This document shows positions 50,613 through 61,233 of a stretch of 64,000 nucleotides of DNA, in pieces. The stretch is from assembly GCA_963841015.1 (NCBI GenBank), contig CAWJAX010000005.1, positions 448,001-512,000 on the forward strand. The letters are read 5' to 3'. The first letter of the stretch is position 1, and every line of letters begins with the position of its first letter. The position numbers and the translations under genes are program-made. Below the pieces are notes generated by a model. It had not been told where the DNA came from. It did no database searches and saw only the letters and a program-made list of their open reading frames with translations. This stretch comes from an uncultured Methanoregulaceae archaeon (lineage in GTDB: Archaea > Halobacteriota > Methanomicrobia > Methanomicrobiales > Methanospirillaceae).

Positions 50613-51476
50613 ATGCAGTCCTACTGGTTCGGTGATGTGGGTGATGGATGCTGCACATTGTTTATCGGAGATTTAAATGCCATAATCGATCGGATCCGAT
50701 CGATTTCCTCAAGTATGGACTCCTTTATACCGCTCGGATGGGAGCAGGCAGTTCTCTGCGGTGCATGTAATGATCGAATAGATTATCTCGCAAAATTGCA
50801 GGCAGTCTGCATCGCCGCTGCTGAACGTTCAATACGGGAGCAGTATTCAAGAAAAGATGCAGAACTGCTCCAGATGGTAAGAACGCTTGATGAGATCGAT
50901 ACCGTCATTAACCTGCTCTCGGAAAGGACAGCGGAATGGTATCTGGTCCGGCACCCGGCATTCTCCCGTAAGTATCGAAGGACACCGGCACATGTTCTGG
51001 TTAAATCCATGCGCGAGAGGAATAAAGGGGCACTTGGCAGGGTTGCCGGGGAGATAGAGCAGCTTTCGGAAACCCGGACTATTCTCGCTAAAGAGGTTTC
51101 GGCACGGGCAAATAGTGTGATGCCCAATACGAGTGCGCTTATCGGGGGACTTGTTGCTGCCCGGCTCCTGTCACATGCCGGAGGGCTTCTTTTACTCTCC
51201 CGGCTACCGGCAAGTGCAATCCAGGTACTGGGTGCCCGTACGGCACTGTTCGCGCACCTGAAAACACGGTCCCCCTGTCCGAAACATGGGATCATCTTTC
51301 AACACCGGCGGGTGCATAATGCCCCCCGGAACATACGGGGCAAAGTTGCCCGTGTGCTCGCAGGAAAAATTGCGATTGCAGCCCGGCTTGATTATTTCAG
51401 AGGAGTGACAGATCCGGCTTTTCTTGAATCGGCTCAGGAGCGCATCGATGGGGTTGGGAAGGGGAATGAACCGTGA
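50613..51476 (+). CDS. nop5: Box C/D sRNP protein Nop5
   Basis: PASAIQVLGA..ALF, PKHGIIF, RGKVARVLAGK. Confidence 0.93.
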   Translation: MQSYWFGDVGDGCCTLFIGDLNAIIDRIRSISSSMDSFIPLGWEQAVLCGACNDRIDYLAKLQAVCIAAAERSIREQYSRKDAELLQMVRTLDEIDTVINLLSERTAEWYLVRHPAFSRKYRRTPAHVLVKSMRERNKGALGRVAGEIEQLSETRTILAKEVSARANSVMPNTSALIGGLVAARLLSHAGGLLLLSRLPASAIQVLGARTALFAHLKTRSPCPKHGIIFQHRRVHNAPRNIRGKVARVLAGKIAIAARLDYFRGVTDPAFLESAQERIDGVGKGNEP

Positions 51477-52081
51477 TCTGGATTGGTGATGTTTTACTAT
51501 CACAAGGTGAGGGTGGGGTCTATAATGAGCGGATACTAGGGGGGGCACGGGTATGGGACCCTCACCGAAGCAAGATGTCTGCCCTTTATCATGTCGGAAC
51601 CGGTGTCGAGCTCACACCCGGAATGCGAGTGCTGTATCTTGGAGCAGCGAACGGGACAACAGTATCCCATGTAGCTGATTATGTTGATGTGGTATACGCT
51701 GTGGAGTTTGCCCCCCGCCCCATGCAGGACCTCCTGGAAGTGTCCCGGCGGCGAAGGAATGTCATCCCGATTATGGCAGATGCTGCCCGTCCCGAACAGT
51801 ATGCCCCGCTGGTCGAAGCTGTTGATCTGCTCTATCAGGATGTGGCCCAGCCGGAACAGGCAAGTATTGCCCTGCGGAATTGTTCGTTCTTAAAAACCGG
51901 AGGATTTCTGGTTCTGATGCTCAAGACGCGGAGCGTTGATGTGAGAAAGGAACCTGCTGCAATCTTCCAGGATACCCTTGATGTTCTTCTCTCAGCCGGG
52001 CTGATTGTGCAGGAATGTGTCTGGCTTGCGCCGTTCCACCACGATCACGCAGCGATTGTCTGCATGAAACCGGGAGGATAA
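51473..52081 (+). CDS. flpA: Fibrillarin 2'-O-methyltransferase
   Basis: WDPHRSK, VLYLGAANGTTVSH, YQDVAQP. Confidence 0.96.
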   Translation: MIWIGDVLLSQGEGGVYNERILGGARVWDPHRSKMSALYHVGTGVELTPGMRVLYLGAANGTTVSHVADYVDVVYAVEFAPRPMQDLLEVSRRRRNVIPIMADAARPEQYAPLVEAVDLLYQDVAQPEQASIALRNCSFLKTGGFLVLMLKTRSVDVRKEPAAIFQDTLDVLLSAGLIVQECVWLAPFHHDHAAIVCMKPGG

Positions 52082-52090
52082 GTAATTACC

Positions 52091-52807
52091 ATGAGTGACG
52101 GAGTCCGTTTCTATTCGGCTGGCCCGCTTTCCGTGTTCGCGATTATCTTACTTATCGCTCTTGTAATCATACTCATCCCGTTGCTCATTCTGGGCATTAT
52201 CGGCGCGGCATTCACCAGGCTCGGATTTTCATGGATTTCCGCACTCGCGGTTGTGTTGCTGATGCTGTTTGGGAGTTTTGTTAATATCCCTTTGTATCGT
52301 ATCCGGCGCGATATGATCAGAGTTTCTCACGATGCAACCTCCGACTTTGATGTGTGTGTTCCCTGCAAAAACGGTCAGGTCTGGGACACAACAATATCCC
52401 TTAATTTTGGTGGTGCAGTTATTCCGGTGTGTGTATCCGTATACATGATGTACCAGGCGATAATGATCACGGGACCTTCACTGATTTTTACGGTATGTGT
52501 TGGCTTAACTGTGGTAGCAATCATTTCATTTTTTTCAACCCGTCCTGTGACATATGTGGGTATACAGGTACCTCTTCTCATTCCGGGGCTTACAGCACTC
52601 CTTGTCAGTTTGCTTCTTGCCGGGGGAACAGGTCTTACGGCATCGGTAACAGCATTTGTGAGCGGGGTGACCGGGGTTTTGCTGGGTGGCAACATCGCTC
52701 AATTGAACCGGATAAAAGATCTTGAAGTCCCGGAGGTTAGTGTTGGTGGCGCCGGCACATTCGGTTCTGTATTCCTCTGTTGCATTCTTCCAGCCCTGCT
52801 TGCATAG
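52091..52807 (+). CDS. DUF1614 membrane protein
   Basis: GSFVNIP, NFGGAVIP, SVGGAGTF. Confidence 0.85.
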   Translation: MSDGVRFYSAGPLSVFAIILLIALVIILIPLLILGIIGAAFTRLGFSWISALAVVLLMLFGSFVNIPLYRIRRDMIRVSHDATSDFDVCVPCKNGQVWDTTISLNFGGAVIPVCVSVYMMYQAIMITGPSLIFTVCVGLTVVAIISFFSTRPVTYVGIQVPLLIPGLTALLVSLLLAGGTGLTASVTAFVSGVTGVLLGGNIAQLNRIKDLEVPEVSVGGAGTFGSVFLCCILPALLA

Positions 52808-52866
52808 TTAAACTGGTAAAATAAATCGGCAGATACCCATAAGATAAAAAACACCTTGAAAAGAAG

Positions 52867-52939
52867 TAGCCCGGAGCAGATTCGAACTGCTGTCGGGGGA
52901 TCCAGAGTCCCCCATGATTGACCGCTACACTACCGGGCT
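52867..52939 (-). tRNA. tRNA-Gln(CTG)
   Basis: A1-U72 pair; GGGGA-CTCTGGA-TCCCC anticodon arm. Confidence 0.95.
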
Positions 52940-52995
52940 TTGTGCCTCTTATTTTTTGCCGCTGTTGCTTAATTAAGGTGACGGACTGCCAGCAG

Positions 52996-53721
52996 TCACA
53001 CAGCCTTAGCCCGTCCGCACTTCTGGCAGGCATGACACACTTCCCTGACCGGTTGAATGACCTCCCCTTTTTTGCAGAATGGTTCGATATCATGGATATC
53101 ACGAATATAGTAAATGTGGGGGACGAGCGAAATGTGGGAATACGTACCGCAGGGGACTAAAAGCGCATCGGCTATTGATTTCTGGAGTTGAACGAGAGCA
53201 TACATATTTGCGCCGGCCGCAGTCAGCATGTCATTTGAACGGAAAATTACCCGCATGTCAAGTTTTCCCTCCCGCAGGACACACTGGACAAGCTGGAGGC
53301 AGGGGCAGTCATCGAGTTTCTCGTCAATTACCGGGTTCCAGGTAATAGCGATAGCCCGCCGTGTTGCAGGAGCAGATTTGAGTTTGTCAATGATATAGGC
53401 AATCTGGTCTATGTGCACCGGCTGCCCATCTGCAACAAGACGCTCCCCCCAGTCGAAAAGCCTGCCATGATAATCATACTCAAAAGAAGCATGCGATCCC
53501 TGTAACAGGTCCCTGGCGTACTGTTCGACAAATCTTTGCTGGAACCGGGAGTGAGGGCTTACTGCTGGTTCTGCGAGAGGGGTGTCAACCTGCAACGTAA
53601 TTTCCTCGAATTCGATGGTTGACTCACCATCTTCGGTGTGAAGCACCCAGCCCTTCTCCAGAATCAATTGAATGACCAGTTCATGTGCCCGACCGATGCT
53701 TGGTGCCCGGATAATTCTCAT
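52996..53721 (-). CDS. thyA: Archaeal thymidylate synthase
   Basis: FEYDYHGRL, TRRA, PCLQ, FRSND, HIY. Confidence 0.9.
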   Translation of the reverse strand: MRIIRAPSIGRAHELVIQLILEKGWVLHTEDGESTIEFEEITLQVDTPLAEPAVSPHSRFQQRFVEQYARDLLQGSHASFEYDYHGRLFDWGERLVADGQPVHIDQIAYIIDKLKSAPATRRAIAITWNPVIDEKLDDCPCLQLVQCVLREGKLDMRVIFRSNDMLTAAGANMYALVQLQKSIADALLVPCGTYSHISLVPHIYYIRDIHDIEPFCKKGEVIQPVREVCHACQKCGRAKAV

Positions 53722-54111
53722 AAAAAAAGGTGTGTCATGGTAGATTGTATATCTGTTGAAACATTATGGCGAACTGCGGAATTCTGCGCAAATTCAATAC
53801 ATTGAGGAGTATAACAGAATCATGATCTTGTTGAAGCACTTTCACCAACGTACATGATGTATTGTGTTTTCTGTAATTTGGTGAAGGGTGGATAGAAAAA
53901 ATTATTGTATATTACCATACATAAATGTACATAGTATAGTATAATATATGTAATATTTATGCGCGAAACGGTAAAATGTTTATGTAGTCAATTATTCTGG
54001 CATGAACAACTGTGGAAGATGAATGGATTGCACAAAACTCATTTTAATTGCTCTGATTAATAATCGGGCAGCATATTGCGTTCGGAATCCCCGAAAAAAC
54101 CGACCACAAAG

Positions 54112-54249
54112 GATATATTAGGTCTTTTACAAATACTCTTTCATATTCCGTCTAAACGGAGTATGGGGCTCGCAGAACTGATATTCGGCATTTGTCGAAA
54201 TCGTTCGCGGCTTGAAATGTATGATGTAAACTTTGGAGGAATTGAACAA
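54112..54249 (+). promoter_or_regulatory. S-layer gene promoter and structured 5' leader
   Basis: TATATTA box near 54114; 10-bp hairpin at 54142-54165; GGAGG SD at 54235. Confidence 0.6.
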
Positions 54250-56976
54250 ATGACTAAGCGATTAACTATTGCACTCGTTGCTCTTGCAATGTTCGTGCTT
54301 GTTGCAGTATTGCCGGTATCGGCACTCTCAACAAACGGCTACTATCTTGTAGCTCCGAACATTAACCAGGGCGCAACGGTGTTTATTGGAGAGCAGGGTC
54401 TTAACATACAGCCCGCTCTGGATTCAGCTAATGCAGCTGGAGGAGTAACAACTTATACCACTATTGGATGGTGGGCATCAGCTGCTGATATCAGCAACAC
54501 TGCACCAACCGTTTCCGTTGACACAACCGGACGGGCTGGCACCTTTACTGTAACCCAGTCAGAATTTGACGGTTATGAAGGCCAGTGGTATCTCGTTGAC
54601 CCAACCAACAACCAGGTTGCGAAAGCCGGCGCAGGAGCAGTCTTTAACGTAAAATCACCAAGACTCGATGTAACCATCAGAGATCCCAACCAGAATGATG
54701 GTGCAGATGTTTCCGGCAAGTCTGTTCCGACCAGCTCGAAACTCCAGTTCCAGGTAGGCACCAACATGTATACGGTTCTTGACCCCTTGTTAAGGGGCCC
54801 GGTATACGGCACTGCAGGAAGTGGTGCAAACACTGACGGTTACCTTGATATTGTGGTAAAAACCGATTCCGGTGCTATTCTCACGGCTCTGTATAACACC
54901 AGCGGCGCGAGCAATTCAATCAAAGCCCTGAACGTTTCCGTCCAGCCCTTTGTATGGGGCAGGAGCCTCAATGGGGCCGGGACCGGAGCAGGTTCGGTTC
55001 TCTACGTCTGGGACACCGGTGCGCTGACACCCGGTACGAATGAGGCAGCCTACCCCGCAGGTACTTATACTGTCAGTGTTGTATCCAAACTGAACAACAT
55101 GAACAGCAACTACCTGAGCGGTGCTGCAGCATATACCGGAAGAACGGTTTCCGAGACAAAAACAGTTACCCTTGTCTCTGACACGGTGAGTATCACTGCA
55201 AACAAGGACACTGTTGTCCGTACCAAGCCATTCTCAGTAACGGTCGTTGGCAAACCCAGTGAATTCTACAATGTCTGGGTCAAGAGCACCGTCAACATGA
55301 AGCTTGGCGAATATGACAATGCTCCCCCGATAGTTACTGCATTCCAGGATAATGTAGTCCCCGGCGACGCGATCACCGCTGCCTACATGTACCAGAATGG
55401 TGGTTACAGAACGGTTTCCCAGGATTCCTTCGGTGACGCTGTAAATGGCACCTATTCCTACGCTCGTGTCAAACTCAGCACTTCCGGTACCAGAACCATT
55501 GAGTTCACTACCACTTCAAACACCAAATCCCAAAAGTACACCGTCCGTGTTGAAAGAAACGCCTATGGCCTTGGCTTTGGTAACACTACGACTGATTACC
55601 TGAACGGCAAGTTTAAGGGAGACGAAGTCGATGTGAAGGTCGAGAAGGGTGCAGTCACTGTCGTGGCAGCCGGCGACCAGAGCTACTATCTCGGTGAGGA
55701 GATCAAATTATCCGGTACTAACACAGAGAGCACAAAGACCTACCTGTTCATTATCGGACCGAACCTGCCCGCCAATGGTGGCGTACTCACCATGCCGAAA
55801 ACAGCCATCACGCCAGAAGTCAACCTCCCGGCTGACCTCGGACGATGGAATTCCGTTATTGCGGATGTTCTGGCAGACAACACCTGGTCCTACAAGTGGG
55901 GAACCTCAAACGTTGACCTCGATGCAGGAACTTACACGATCTATGCCGTAAGCAAGCCTTACGACAAGACACCAGAACTCCTCTCCAAAGCAGCATACGG
56001 TACGGTTTCAATCATCATCAAGAAGCCCTTCGTCTCTGCAACGGCATCCCAGTCAACGGTAGCACAGGGTGACAAGATCTTCATCACCGGTACCGCAGAA
56101 GGCCAGCCAAGCTCGGTTGCAATCTGGATACTCGGTAAGAACTTTGCAGTCAAACAAACGGAAACTGTGAACACTGACGGTACCTTCAAGTATGAGGTTA
56201 AGCAGGATACAACCAAGTCCATGTACAGCGGTCAGTACTTCGTTGTCGTCCAGCACCCGATGATGAACGGCAAGTACGATATTGACTGGGCAGGTGCCCC
56301 GGCAGAGTACGTCTTTGACTACGGTCTTGGCGAATCCACCGGACAGGTACTCAGTCTCTTCAAGATCTACGGACCCGGCAGCCTGCAGGGATCCGATGCA
56401 GCTGAAGCACTTGTACAGGGTATCAACCAGCCGTACATTGACGACACCTACACCAAGCTCCAGTTCCTGATTGAGCAACCCGTCATTACCATCGTCCCGA
56501 TTGGCGACAAGCATGTTGGTGACAAGTTTACCATCACCGCAGCCACCAACCTCGCGGTAGATGACGAAATCCTCGTTCAGGTCTACTCATCATCATTCAA
56601 GCCGACTCAGAAGAGCCAGAGCGGCGAGTTCAGCGGCGCAACCGGTACGGTCAAAGTCCAGAAGGGCGAGACCGGCATGAACAAGATCACGTTCGATGTT
56701 GATTCATCAACATTCAAGCCGGACGAGTACATTGTTACTGAAGACGCAGTCATTCAGGAAGCAACAGGCACAGCACTGTTCAACGTCCTTGAAGGCGCTG
56801 CCCCAACCCCGGAACCGACCACGGTTGTTGTAGTTGTACAACCAACAGCGGCAACAACTGTTCCGACCCCGCCCCCGACCCCGGTCCCGACCCCAACCAA
56901 GTCGCCCGGATACGGTGCATTGATTGCATTGATCGGTCTCGGTGCAGTAGCATTCATCGTAGTGCGCAGGCACTGA
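54250..56976 (+). CDS. Major S-layer glycoprotein (Methanomicrobiales type) with PGF-CTERM-like sorting signal
   Basis: Signal peptide; GATVFIGEQGL; many NxS/T sequons; PT-rich linker; SPGYG-TM-RRH terminus; strongly biased codon usage. Confidence 0.92.
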   Translation: MTKRLTIALVALAMFVLVAVLPVSALSTNGYYLVAPNINQGATVFIGEQGLNIQPALDSANAAGGVTTYTTIGWWASAADISNTAPTVSVDTTGRAGTFTVTQSEFDGYEGQWYLVDPTNNQVAKAGAGAVFNVKSPRLDVTIRDPNQNDGADVSGKSVPTSSKLQFQVGTNMYTVLDPLLRGPVYGTAGSGANTDGYLDIVVKTDSGAILTALYNTSGASNSIKALNVSVQPFVWGRSLNGAGTGAGSVLYVWDTGALTPGTNEAAYPAGTYTVSVVSKLNNMNSNYLSGAAAYTGRTVSETKTVTLVSDTVSITANKDTVVRTKPFSVTVVGKPSEFYNVWVKSTVNMKLGEYDNAPPIVTAFQDNVVPGDAITAAYMYQNGGYRTVSQDSFGDAVNGTYSYARVKLSTSGTRTIEFTTTSNTKSQKYTVRVERNAYGLGFGNTTTDYLNGKFKGDEVDVKVEKGAVTVVAAGDQSYYLGEEIKLSGTNTESTKTYLFIIGPNLPANGGVLTMPKTAITPEVNLPADLGRWNSVIADVLADNTWSYKWGTSNVDLDAGTYTIYAVSKPYDKTPELLSKAAYGTVSIIIKKPFVSATASQSTVAQGDKIFITGTAEGQPSSVAIWILGKNFAVKQTETVNTDGTFKYEVKQDTTKSMYSGQYFVVVQHPMMNGKYDIDWAGAPAEYVFDYGLGESTGQVLSLFKIYGPGSLQGSDAAEALVQGINQPYIDDTYTKLQFLIEQPVITIVPIGDKHVGDKFTITAATNLAVDDEILVQVYSSSFKPTQKSQSGEFSGATGTVKVQKGETGMNKITFDVDSSTFKPDEYIVTEDAVIQEATGTALFNVLEGAAPTPEPTTVVVVVQPTAATTVPTPPPTPVPTPTKSPGYGALIALIGLGAVAFIVVRRH

Positions 56977-56990
56977 ACTAACATCTAAAA

Positions 56991-57022
56991 CTCTTTTTTT
57001 TCGCACCCCTTTCGTAAAAAAA
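56991..57022 (+). terminator. Oligo-T terminator after the S-layer gene
   Basis: T8 run shortly after the stop, followed by an A-tract. Confidence 0.55.
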
Positions 57023-57177
57023 TTGTAATTGTGCTCTTTTGCAGCAATTGCTTATTCTATTGGGACTTATCCGGTCTGACCTTGAAGAGTGGCACCCTTT
57101 TAATGTCCGAGCGGTCAACGTAGTTGTAAACAGATTCATATCCGGGGAAAGTCTCCCCACCTGCGGAGGGTCAAGAA

Positions 57178-58701
57178 GTGAAGTTAACGGTAAAAAATCT
57201 TGATATTGCATCACGGGGTGTACTGCTCAACCGGGCGGATGCCCGCAGCATAGGTGTTCTCGATGGCGATCGTGTCCAGGTAATTAATTCGAAAAACGGT
57301 GTATCAGTTGCAGCTTTTGTGGAGACCACGTCAACCATCACACCCCAGGGAACCATAGGTGTCTATCGTTTCACCAACGAACGTCTCCACCTCGCTGATG
57401 GTATTGAGATAGAAGTCAGGGAAGCAGCACGACCAGCTTCGCTTGACTACGTCAAAAAGAAAATGGATGGCGGTAAAATCTCCAAGGAGGAGATGCTGAC
57501 TATCATCAAAGATGTTGTGAGCGATGACCTGTCTTCAGCAGAACTCACGGCTTTTATCATTGCATCCTATATCAACCCGCTTGATATGGATGAGGTGGAG
57601 CATCTCACCCGTGCCATGGTTGAGACGGGTGAACACATCAAGTTTGCATCCAGACCAATTGTGGATAAGCATTCAATCGGTGGTGTTCCCGGCAACAAAA
57701 TTTCCCTGCTGGTTGTTCCTATTATTGCCGCAAGCGGACTGAAAATACCTAAAACGAGCTCGCGTGCAATTACCGGGGCAGGTGGCACTGCCGACCTCAT
57801 GGAAGTTCTGGCAAATGTCGAGTTCTCTGCAACTGAAGTGCAGAAAATGACTGAAAAGGTTGGGGGGGTCATAGTGTGGGGAGGTGCGACTAACATCGCT
57901 CCTGCAGATGACCGGATCATCATCCAGGAATATCCGTTTAAAATCGACGCCCGCGGCCAGATGCTTGCCAGTGTTATGGCAAAAAAATATGCAGTCGGGG
58001 CAAATATTGTTGTAATCGACATTCCTGTCGGGCAGCATACCAAGATTGCCAATATGCAGGAAGGAAGAAAACTGGCCCGGGAATTTATCGAACTTGGTGA
58101 ACGCCTTAAGATGAAAGTCGAGTGTGCCCTTACCTATGGGGACATTCCTGTTGGCCGAAGCATAGGTCCGAAACTCGAAGTGATAGAAGCACTCCGGGTG
58201 CTTGAGGGTGCAACTGAACCAAACTCCTTCATCCAGAAAAGTTTGTCTCTTGCCGGTATTGCCCTTGAGATGTCAGGGAAAGCTGCTCGAGGTACCGGTG
58301 CTGCCATGGCACAGGATATCCTCACAAAAGGGAAGGCTCTTGAAAAGTTTCGCCAGATCATTGAGATCCAGGGCGGTGATCCAAATGTCAAATCCGGTGA
58401 TATTATTCCGGGAGAACACCAGTTTGTGGTAAATGCTCCGTCATCCGGCTATGTCATCGAAATGAACAACCATGCTCTTGTCACTCTTGCCCGCATAGCG
58501 GGGGCTCCCCATGATGCCGGTGCCGGGATCCTCCTGCATGCGAAAAAAGGCAAGCTCATCAAGGCAGGTGAACCACTTTTTACCCTGTTTGCAGAAAGAA
58601 AGTGGCGGCTCCAGAATGCAATCGAGGAAGGCCGGCGGCTCATGCCAATTCTTGTAGAAGGCATGCTTTTAGACCGGGTGCCCTCCTCATCCGAAATATA
58701 G
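57178..58701 (+). CDS. deoA: AMP phosphorylase
   Basis: N-terminal double-psi-barrel-like domain; [33 protein letters not shown]. Confidence 0.95.
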   Translation: MKLTVKNLDIASRGVLLNRADARSIGVLDGDRVQVINSKNGVSVAAFVETTSTITPQGTIGVYRFTNERLHLADGIEIEVREAARPASLDYVKKKMDGGKISKEEMLTIIKDVVSDDLSSAELTAFIIASYINPLDMDEVEHLTRAMVETGEHIKFASRPIVDKHSIGGVPGNKISLLVVPIIAASGLKIPKTSSRAITGAGGTADLMEVLANVEFSATEVQKMTEKVGGVIVWGGATNIAPADDRIIIQEYPFKIDARGQMLASVMAKKYAVGANIVVIDIPVGQHTKIANMQEGRKLAREFIELGERLKMKVECALTYGDIPVGRSIGPKLEVIEALRVLEGATEPNSFIQKSLSLAGIALEMSGKAARGTGAAMAQDILTKGKALEKFRQIIEIQGGDPNVKSGDIIPGEHQFVVNAPSSGYVIEMNNHALVTLARIAGAPHDAGAGILLHAKKGKLIKAGEPLFTLFAERKWRLQNAIEEGRRLMPILVEGMLLDRVPSSSEI

Positions 58702-58740
58702 ACCGATGTCCTCAAATATAAACAGAAGGCGATATTCTTT

Positions 58741-60135
58741 ATGTATCGCCAGAAAAATCGTTTCCTTTTTGCCCTGCTGTGCACCCTTATTCTCTGCAGC
58801 TCTGCACAGGCAACGATCCTGCAAATCTCCGTGCAGGATAGGTCAGATAATTCAACAATCCCTGACGCAACGGTATTTCTGAATGGAGATGAGTATGCCA
58901 AAACCAATAATACCGGACAGGTGTTTCTCAATCACTCCGGATTAAATGACCTTCTTATCCGTGTTTCCGTGACCGGGTATGAAGACTGGGAAAAGCTGGT
59001 GGCAAAAAATGAAACATCAGTTTTTGTTAACCTCAGCCGGACGAACCTTACCTTAAAAGTAAATCTTTATGACTCAGATTCCCTGGCAGCAGTGTCAGGT
59101 GCAAGAATAAACATTTCTGCAAAAAATAGTAACCAGACAAATCTGACAGATGGTGCCGGTTCAGTAACTTTTGGTGTAAATGCAACCACGTTGTATTCTC
59201 TGGATATTACCGCTCCTGGTTATTTGCCCCGGATTGAACTTATCGATACAGGTACAGAACATAAGGATGCTCAGTTCTGGATGCTTCCCGCGAACCGGTT
59301 CTCAATTATTGTAAAAGATAAAAATGGGATGTTGCCAGTGGCGGATGCAGAAGTGCGTATCGACAACGCACTTGCAGGAAAAACGGATAGCAGGGGAATT
59401 CTGACGATACCTGTTACTCGAGGCAAAGTAACAGGTATTGATATTAAAAAGGGTGGTTACCAGACATTTACTGAATCAAGAAGAATCAATGAAACCGATG
59501 CTCTCTATTCTGTTTTACTTTCAAAAGCAATTTTAGGAGCGGTTATTTCTGTTTCTGATGAAAATCGCGTTCCGGTTAGTGGTGCAGATGTATATATTAA
59601 CGGGACTCTTTCAGGAACCACCAACCCGTCTGGACGCATTAATTTTCCCGATCTTGTTTCCGGTTCCTATAATGTGGAAGTAAGGAAAACCGGATATCGT
59701 TCAATGAATCGTACGATTCTCATCATAAATAAGGGTGAAGACTTTACTTTCGAGATACCGGTTGAAAATGCAGACCTCACTATTTTTGTCCAGGAAAAAG
59801 ACCAGAAAATAGTGTCAAATGCTACAATTCTCATGAATGGAAACACAATGGGTGTTACTGATGAACATGGTTTGTTCAGGACCAGGGTCAGATTCAACAC
59901 GCTTTACAATATTACCGCTATAAAAGATACCTACCAGCCAGTTTCCGTCCAGAAACAGTTTGCTCAGGGAAATGCCACAACATCAGTAACTCTCGTCATG
60001 GAAAAGAATCTGGACTGGGGGATTATCACTATTATTGTTATTGGGGCACTTGGCATTCTTATAGCGTTTGGAATTATCAGAAAGTGGGGCGGTCGAAAGC
60101 CACAGCGCAGTATGAAAAAGAACAACGACTTATAA
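58741..60135 (+). CDS. Surface protein with PEGA/carboxypeptidase-regulatory-like repeats
   Basis: Signal peptide; about five A.V.I.G...G.T...G repeats; C-terminal TM. Confidence 0.88.
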   Translation: MYRQKNRFLFALLCTLILCSSAQATILQISVQDRSDNSTIPDATVFLNGDEYAKTNNTGQVFLNHSGLNDLLIRVSVTGYEDWEKLVAKNETSVFVNLSRTNLTLKVNLYDSDSLAAVSGARINISAKNSNQTNLTDGAGSVTFGVNATTLYSLDITAPGYLPRIELIDTGTEHKDAQFWMLPANRFSIIVKDKNGMLPVADAEVRIDNALAGKTDSRGILTIPVTRGKVTGIDIKKGGYQTFTESRRINETDALYSVLLSKAILGAVISVSDENRVPVSGADVYINGTLSGTTNPSGRINFPDLVSGSYNVEVRKTGYRSMNRTILIINKGEDFTFEIPVENADLTIFVQEKDQKIVSNATILMNGNTMGVTDEHGLFRTRVRFNTLYNITAIKDTYQPVSVQKQFAQGNATTSVTLVMEKNLDWGIITIIVIGALGILIAFGIIRKWGGRKPQRSMKKNNDL

Positions 60136-60319
60136 TCTCTTTTTCCGGAATTGAAATTGAGTTACTTCTTTCAAATAAAGTTAAAATTTTTTAACGATGA
60201 AAATGGTTGAGATCTTAAAAAGAATCCCAGAGAAATCTTATCAAAGAAGAAAAAAGAACGGCTCTGGAGAATTCCTTTTCCATTGATATGAAATTCAAGA
60301 TTCTGGTAAGAATGAAGGA

Positions 60320-60430
60320 GGGGACAGTGCCTGTCCCCCCATGCTGCCCCTGCGCTTAGCGATGATGAAGGTAGCACCAGTTCGGGAGTTATCGCATCGG
60401 GGGAGCCACAGCGGCGGGGGTGAAACCCCC
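60320..60430. repeat. GC-rich multi-hairpin intergenic element
   Basis: GGGGACAG-TGC-CTGTCCCC and GGGGGT-GAA-ACCCCC hairpins flank a nested imperfect stem. Confidence 0.55.
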
Positions 60431-60667
60431 TTGAGTGTTTAGCTTGTAATTGAGCATTTCTACAGAGTAAAAGAACAACATATTTTTATAAACAGCAGAT
60501 GTTTTTTACGCTTTGACCGCAATGGCAGGATAATTTCCCAATCGCGAAAGTTTCGTATATCATATCTCTGACCAAATTTTCAGGACTTCATCAACTTGAA
60601 GATTCTGTCTCAAAAAAATTATTGCGGAACAGTGTTTTGGAGTATCAACTCTCCTTTATAAAAAAAA

Positions 60668-60739
60668 CGGACCCAGCGGGAATCGAACCCGCGTCCTTGG
60701 GTTCGAAGCCCAAGAGGATGTCCTCTACCCCATGGATCC
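60668..60739 (-). tRNA. tRNA-Arg(TCG)
   Basis: TTGGG-CTTCGAA-CCCAA anticodon arm; GGATCCA/TGGGTCC acceptor stem. Confidence 0.95.
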
Positions 60740-60795
60740 TTCTCATCTCTTATATATCAAAAGATATTAAGTATTTTCTACCGATAATCTAGTGA

Positions 60796-61233
60796 ATGAT
60801 TTTATCCGCACCAGAGATCATCCGCCGTCTCGACCAGAGTTGTGGACGGGGCAACCTCGTCATCACACCCTATAGCGGCGAGTGCCAGCAACCCGCATCC
60901 TACGATCTGCGTTCTGCCGGAGACAGTCTCCTTCCTAAAGGTACATGTACTCTTGTTCCTACGCTTGAATGGGTCGAACTTCCCATGGATCTTGCCGGAA
61001 CGCTCCGGTGCCGGTCCTCTTTCGGGAGACGGGGAGTTCTTCTTGGTGCAGGTTTTGTCGACCCGGGTTTTCGTGGACAATTGACACTCTGCCTGACAAA
61101 TCTGGGAAGCGATGATATTATCGTCAAGAAGAACGACCGCGTAGTGCAGATGATCCTTCACGAAGTGCGGGAAGGCAGCCAGAGTTATTCAGGTCGTTAT
61201 CAGGATAGCAGGGGAGCAGTGGAGGCAAAGTGA
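60796..61233 (+). CDS. dcd: dCTP deaminase / trimeric dUTPase family protein
   Basis: QPASYDLR, RSSFGR, VDPGFRGQLT, YSGRYQ. Confidence 0.85.
   Translation: MILSAPEIIRRLDQSCGRGNLVITPYSGECQQPASYDLRSAGDSLLPKGTCTLVPTLEWVELPMDLAGTLRCRSSFGRRGVLLGAGFVDPGFRGQLTLCLTNLGSDDIIVKKNDRVVQMILHEVREGSQSYSGRYQDSRGAVEAK

Noticed and set aside
54076-54249. Upstream extension of the S-layer ORF
   Set aside because: The signal peptide and SD define ATG 54250; the extension is promoter and leader.
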